Assembly: GCA_963719315.1 (NCBI GenBank)
Contig: CAVRBU010000019.1
Span: forward strand, 1-34,919
Direction: 5' to 3'
DNA length: 34,919 bases
Origin: an uncultured Planctomycetota bacterium
GTDB taxonomy: Bacteria > Planctomycetota > Planctomycetia > Pirellulales > Lacipirellulaceae
The position numbers and the translations under genes were made by a program. The notes beneath the pieces are model-generated. The model saw only the letters and a list, made by a program, of their open reading frames with translations, ran no database searches and was not told the origin of the DNA. Shown piece by piece: positions 30,332 through 34,919 of the stretch (position 1 is its first letter; every line of letters begins with the position of its first letter).

Positions 30332-31687
30332 TCAGCGGCGAGCGGTCCACCAGGCGTCGATTTTTGCCCGCAATGTTTCGACAGGCTGGCCGTGGCTGTC
30401 GGCCAGATTGTGTTCCTCGTGAGGGTCGTCGGCCAAATTGAATAGCTCGACGACGCCCACCGGCTCGTTTCGCGCATCCGGAAGTATGAGCTTCCAGTCC
30501 CCGTCGACGACCCATCGCCACCGCACACTCGCGGCCGGGTCGTTGAGGTCCCGCGAGTTGTGCGTAAAGCATTCGCCAAAGACGGCCTTCCGGCCCGCTA
30601 CGGCCTCCTCATCAAGCAAATTGATGCCCTGCATCTCGGACGTAGGCTTGAGGCCGGCAGCCGTGAGCAACGTCGGCGCCAGATCGATCGATGACGCCAG
30701 AGCCGCGGAACGCTGCGGTTTCACATGCGCTGGCCAGCGGATCATGATGGGAGTCCGCAATCCGCCATCGTACTGAGACTGTTTCGATTTGGGCGCGTAA
30801 TTACCCGTCTGTGGATCGGTAATCCAACCGTTGTCGGCGATGTATACCACGATCGTATTCTCCGTCAATCCTTCGGCATCGAGGTGACTCAGCAGATCGC
30901 CGACCGTTTCGTCGAACCACTCGACCATCCCCCAATACTTGGCGACGTGGAGCGTGGGAGCGACCGCCTCGTATTTCTTGAGCAGTCGCTGCGGCGGGTT
31001 ATGAGCCTGGTGCGGCATCATCGGCGCGTACCACACGAAGAATGGGCGGTTGTTGCGGCGTTCGGTCGCGATGAAATCGTAGATCGGCTGCATGGTCTTG
31101 CGCCCGATTTCAAGTCCCGCGTCGCCGTGACGTTCGCCCTTGGTCATACCCTGGGTGAATCCACCGCGACGATAGTCGCCTTGCCACCATTTTCCCGTTT
31201 GCAGGCTCTCGTAGCCGGCCTTGGCCAACAGCCGTGGCAAGGTCGGCACCGCTTCCAGATGGCGATTCATCACTTCGCGGCCATCGCGAAACGCGGCCGT
31301 TTGATAAAACCCCTGTCGCGGCATGCCCGGCGGCAGCGGAGGGTCGTTGCTGGTGACCTTGTGTTGATGCGGATAAAGGCCCGTGATGATCGACGCCAGG
31401 CTCGGGCAACACAAGCTCGAGGGCACGTACCCGTGCGGGAACACGACGCTCTCCGTCGCCAGCCGATCGAGATTCGGCGTGTGGATCTGCGGATGGCCCA
31501 TGAACGAGTAATCCGTCCAGGCCTGATCGTCGGAAATGATGAGCACGATATTGGGCGACGAGTTCGACCGCGCCGCACTCGGAGTCGTTTCTACTGCCGC
31601 TGCCGGAAGCGCGCTGATGCCGGCCAGCAGCAGAAGATTCATCGCATGTTTGGAGAGGTGGAGCATGATTGCGATTAATTGTAGCAC
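30332..31687 (-). CDS. Sulfatase (formylglycine-type family), exported; start uncertain
   Basis: PNIVLIISDDQ, TPNLDRLA, LCCPSLASIITG, GKWW, ADNG, DLAPT, ELFNLADDPHE. Confidence 0.95.
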   Translation of the reverse strand: MLQLIAIMLHLSKHAMNLLLLAGISALPAAAVETTPSAARSNSSPNIVLIISDDQAWTDYSFMGHPQIHTPNLDRLATESVVFPHGYVPSSLCCPSLASIITGLYPHQHKVTSNDPPLPPGMPRQGFYQTAAFRDGREVMNRHLEAVPTLPRLLAKAGYESLQTGKWWQGDYRRGGFTQGMTKGERHGDAGLEIGRKTMQPIYDFIATERRNNRPFFVWYAPMMPHQAHNPPQRLLKKYEAVAPTLHVAKYWGMVEWFDETVGDLLSHLDAEGLTENTIVVYIADNGWITDPQTGNYAPKSKQSQYDGGLRTPIMIRWPAHVKPQRSAALASSIDLAPTLLTAAGLKPTSEMQGINLLDEEAVAGRKAVFGECFTHNSRDLNDPAASVRWRWVVDGDWKLILPDARNEPVGVVELFNLADDPHEEHNLADSHGQPVETLRAKIDAWWTARR

Positions 31688-31708
31688 GCGCGCTGTGGCC
31701 CGGCGTAT

Positions 31709-32170
31709 TTAGGGGCTCGATTGTGTGACGGATGCCGGTGTGACGATTGTGATTCCTTCGGGTTCGTAACAGCGAAAGTCGCGGTCGTTGATCGAGAGCA
31801 TCCTCTCTACTTGCCAGACAAGGATCATTGCTACAAGTCGCGCGTCGTGGACTTGCATTCCTATAACGTTGTATTGGGTCAACAACCGTCGCAAAACAAC
31901 TGGGAGGAACCTGGTCTCGACCAAGACCGCGCACACTGGGTCGATCGTGTCTTGGTACAGCCTCGCAACATCGGTTGGTGTCAGCGCCAGTCCATTGTTA
32001 GCAAAGGGACGAGTTGCAACATTCCACAACTCGGCGTTATTCTGAGTCGTAATCACCAAGTCTTCCTGACGAGCGATCAATATACCCACTGCCTCTTCAA
32101 CAAGCGCGTGCTGAGCATCTTTCTTGTCCACCAGCCGCAGCAGAATGCCTGTATCCAGCAGGGTGGCCAT
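31709..32170 (-). CDS. PIN-domain (VapC) toxin
   Basis: LLDTGILLR, QNNAELWNVATRP, QVHDARLVA, NDRDF. Confidence 0.9.
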   Translation of the reverse strand: MATLLDTGILLRLVDKKDAQHALVEEAVGILIARQEDLVITTQNNAELWNVATRPFANNGLALTPTDVARLYQDTIDPVCAVLVETRFLPVVLRRLLTQYNVIGMQVHDARLVAMILVWQVERMLSINDRDFRCYEPEGITIVTPASVTQSSP

Positions 32171-32439
32171 CAGTCGTGGTCAGAATAGATGTCCTCGCGC
32201 GAGAAATCCACTGGCAGTGAGCCGACGCTAACCGCGTATTTCGCGATTCGGGCGCGGAATTCCTCAGATGTGATGCGCGGGGATTTGGGACGGAGGAAAA
32301 TGATCTGCTCTTTAGTTAGCGTGCCGGCCTCATTCTTGGCGACGACGCGGACGCGGACAGGCGTATCATTCGGTAGGCTAAGTGGCCTATCCGGATGGAT
32401 AGCGCCGTCGCGGTAGGTGGCGTCGATGTCGATGGACAT
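32170..32439 (-). CDS. Antitoxin (DUF104/AF2212-like)
   Basis: IDATYRDGAIHPDRPLSLP...VRV; FSREDIYSDHD; TGATG coupling to the toxin. Confidence 0.85.
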   Translation of the reverse strand: MSIDIDATYRDGAIHPDRPLSLPNDTPVRVRVVAKNEAGTLTKEQIIFLRPKSPRITSEEFRARIAKYAVSVGSLPVDFSREDIYSDHD

Positions 32440-32720
32440 ATCGTAATTGTAGCCCGTGTACGGGCGGGTTGCCAGAAAGGATGTCGCAGGGCAAGTGCCG
32501 GTTCCGTCTGGTTGGATTACAGCCCGCGGCGCGAGCAAGGGAGTGGGGCTCACGAGGCCCTTGCTTGCGCCGGATGCCACTGGCTTTGCCACAGCTCGTC
32601 TTGCCGAAAGCTTGCAGTTGGAAATCGTGCGATGCCTCAAGCTGCAAGGTGGACGCTCCAAGGCGGTACTACTGCACCCAGAGGGTACCCGAGTCAGCAG
32701 TGGTACCCGGAGAGACTCTT

Positions 32721-33785
32721 TCACTTTTTACGTCGCCACTGGCTGAACGTCCGCCGACTTCCCGAAGGGCAGGCAAAATCTGCCGGCCGGGGGTCACCAG
32801 GTGCCGACATGCAAAAGCAGGCTTCATCGTCGATCCACTTCAAGAGTCCGAATTGGACGGTGCCTTTTGCGGCTCCGTCGAGGTTGTAATAGTCCACGTG
32901 GATCGGTTCCATGCTTTCGTCGAGTCGAACGAGCGCGTGGATCATGGTTTGACCGCCAAAGGAAATTTTCACCTCGTTTTTCCTGGCCGATCGAAGTCCG
33001 GTGCGGAGCATCATCTCAGGAAGCTGCCCGCCATCTCGGATGATTCTCACTGGCGTCCACTCATACTGAAGCCTTGCGAGCGTTGGGCATTCCACGAATT
33101 CAAAGCCGGCACATTCCAGAGTGATAGGCGATTGCCGGCGCACCGGTGCGGCGCCGCCCGTTACCTCCTCGGGACGTGAATCGGAGGTTCGGCTCAGAAT
33201 CTCGTAGGCATGGCCACTCCCTTCACATGTGCGAAACCCGGCTGGCCGTGGCTTGCCGTTCATATCGAGGCAAATCTCGAGCTTGTCGCCCTCCAGACGA
33301 AAGATGCCGAAGTTCCAATTCCCGGCCTCGGGCCCTGCCACGAATTCGATGTCGATTTCGTGCGGCTGGGCTTCGACATTGATATTGAAGACCCCTTCGT
33401 AGGTTGCTTCAGGCGATTCGGTGCGAAACCGGTCGCCATCAATGAGTACGCGGGACGCTCCTAATGCGCTGGCGGGAATGGCGCTGCCGTCGATTTCCAG
33501 GCGTGCGAATGACCACGTGCCTTCGAGTGCGCGCAGCTGCTCCACATGCCGTGCGAGGTGCGGCCAACTCGCGAATCCGCTTTTTCGCGCGATTGCGGAG
33601 TGTGCGTCCGCCAGGCGGAAGCGCGCCCCCCGAACCTGATCGGCGGTCATGCCTTTCGCCGCGGGCAGATGCTGCAGAATGGTCGACACGGCATCGCTTG
33701 CGCCGGTTTCGAGAGCGGAAAGTAGCGATTTCGCCTGACGACGAAGGTGATCTAAATTCGGGCGCGCGGGAAGATTCTTGTCCAT
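32721..33785 (-). CDS. Protein with two TIGR03067-like domains and an N-terminal LPARPNLDHLRRQAK helical domain
   Basis: LEGTW...GIFRLEGDKLEIC...RPAGF and a second copy ...CMSAPGDPRPADF; GGAG RBS before ATG 33785. Confidence 0.8.
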   Translation of the reverse strand: MDKNLPARPNLDHLRRQAKSLLSALETGASDAVSTILQHLPAAKGMTADQVRGARFRLADAHSAIARKSGFASWPHLARHVEQLRALEGTWSFARLEIDGSAIPASALGASRVLIDGDRFRTESPEATYEGVFNINVEAQPHEIDIEFVAGPEAGNWNFGIFRLEGDKLEICLDMNGKPRPAGFRTCEGSGHAYEILSRTSDSRPEEVTGGAAPVRRQSPITLECAGFEFVECPTLARLQYEWTPVRIIRDGGQLPEMMLRTGLRSARKNEVKISFGGQTMIHALVRLDESMEPIHVDYYNLDGAAKGTVQFGLLKWIDDEACFCMSAPGDPRPADFACPSGSRRTFSQWRRKK

Positions 33786-33912
33786 TTGGTTCTCCATGCA
33801 TTGTGCCTGGATCCGCAAACAGGCGGCACGAAGAATGTGCGGCTGATCGAATAGAAAACGTGAAGTTGGGTTAAACCCTTCCCGCGGATCCGGTGGCTAA
33901 GCTTCCAGCCGG
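33786..33912 (-). ncRNA. Candidate structured 5' leader RNA
   Basis: TATAAT at 33918-33923 (minus strand); 8-bp long-range helix 33884-33891/33809-33816 enclosing small hairpins. Confidence 0.45.
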
Positions 33913-34029
33913 AAACGATTATACAGCGGCACTACGTCGATACCAGCACCCAGGCAACAATTCGCGGACCTTCCCTTCATTCACGCATCTGCCAGTCGGA
34001 GTACTCGACCGGTGATGATCCACGATAAG

Positions 34030-34776
34030 CACTGGCGAAGCCAGTGGAATTTTTGCCGAAGGCTTGCGGTCGAGCAGATTCGTCTCAGGTTCCAATGACC
34101 TTGGGACTTACCACAAGGTGGGGCGAACTCAGCGGAGTATTGGAAGATTTCGATGGTGCATCCGAAGCACTGGCAAAGCCAGTGGCACCCGCCGGTGGTA
34201 CTCGGCGTTAAACCCCGGCAGGGGTTGTGGCCATTAGCCGGGGATTGAGCGAAGCGACATCCCCGGTTCGAGATGTCACGTTACGATATCCATGAACCCG
34301 GAGGGTTCGCAGCCAAATGGCGCTGCGACCCTTCCATGGTCGGAAGGGCTCGTATGGGTTGTTGTCCGGTGGTGTCGCCGCGGATCGCTCCTCGACCACC
34401 GGCTATTGGCTGGCATCCCTTCGGGATGTGGGCTTTGGAGTGAAACGCCGTTGGCGTTCTGCAAAAGTGCTGGGTGCCACTGGCTCTGCCAGTGTATTTG
34501 TCATGCCGCAGGCTTGCAGCCGAGAGTACGTGCTGACGCTCCAATGCCGTGCCGTCGCCAACAAGCTGCTTCAAACCTTGTCGTTCGCCCGTAGTGAGCT
34601 AGGGCTCGATAGGAGCACAGGCTTTGCCAGTGGAATTTTTGCCGAAGGCTTGCGGTCGAGCAGATGCGTCTCAGGTTCCAATGACCTGGGAGTTACTACA
34701 AGGTGGGGCGAACTCAGCGGAGTATTGAAAGATTTCGATTGTGCGTCCGAAGCACTGGCAAAGCCAGTGGCACCCG
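34030..34776. repeat. REP-rich non-coding mosaic including a ~151-bp direct duplication (34040-34191 and 34626-34776)
   Basis: Five CACTGGCNNNGCCAGTG-type palindromes; ACCCCGGCAGGGGT-type palindromes at 34210-34455. Confidence 0.85.
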
Positions 34777-34919
34777 ACGTCATCGATCGAGAGCAAATCC
34801 AAATTTTCCCGACCCGCTCCGAAAACAGTTTGCAGAATCTATAAGCCACACTGCTGTTCCATCATTGCAACAAGCGACTGTGCACTTTTGTACCAATCCT
34901 TGACGCGGACAATGGTCAC

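Noticed and set aside
34208..34903. Short ORFs at the right end
   Set aside because: They run through REP palindromes and the duplicated unit and lack protein-like features.

Overview
GC-rich bacterial chromosome segment, very probably from a planctomycete (TIGR03067-type protein, sulfatase, rpsF-ssb-rplI without rpsR, dense palindromic repeats). The housekeeping block rplY-pth-rpsF-ssb-rplI-dnaB plus bamA (1486-10307, - strand) lies between two inverted, near-identical IS630 copies. The two halves of one XRE/HigA antitoxin gene flank those copies 10 kb apart and rejoin exactly in frame at the TA target, which implies an IS-mediated inversion or a repeat mis-join. The rest of the window holds a telomere-like (TTRAGGG)42 tract after an aldo/keto reductase gene, a frameshifted fused restriction-modification gene, several toxin-antitoxin modules (one decayed, one orphan antitoxin), a sigma-70 factor, rpsA, metabolic and hypothetical genes, many REP-like and short-period palindromic repeats, and a candidate structured leader RNA upstream of the TIGR03067-type gene. 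All calls come from reading the sequence; no database searches were run.
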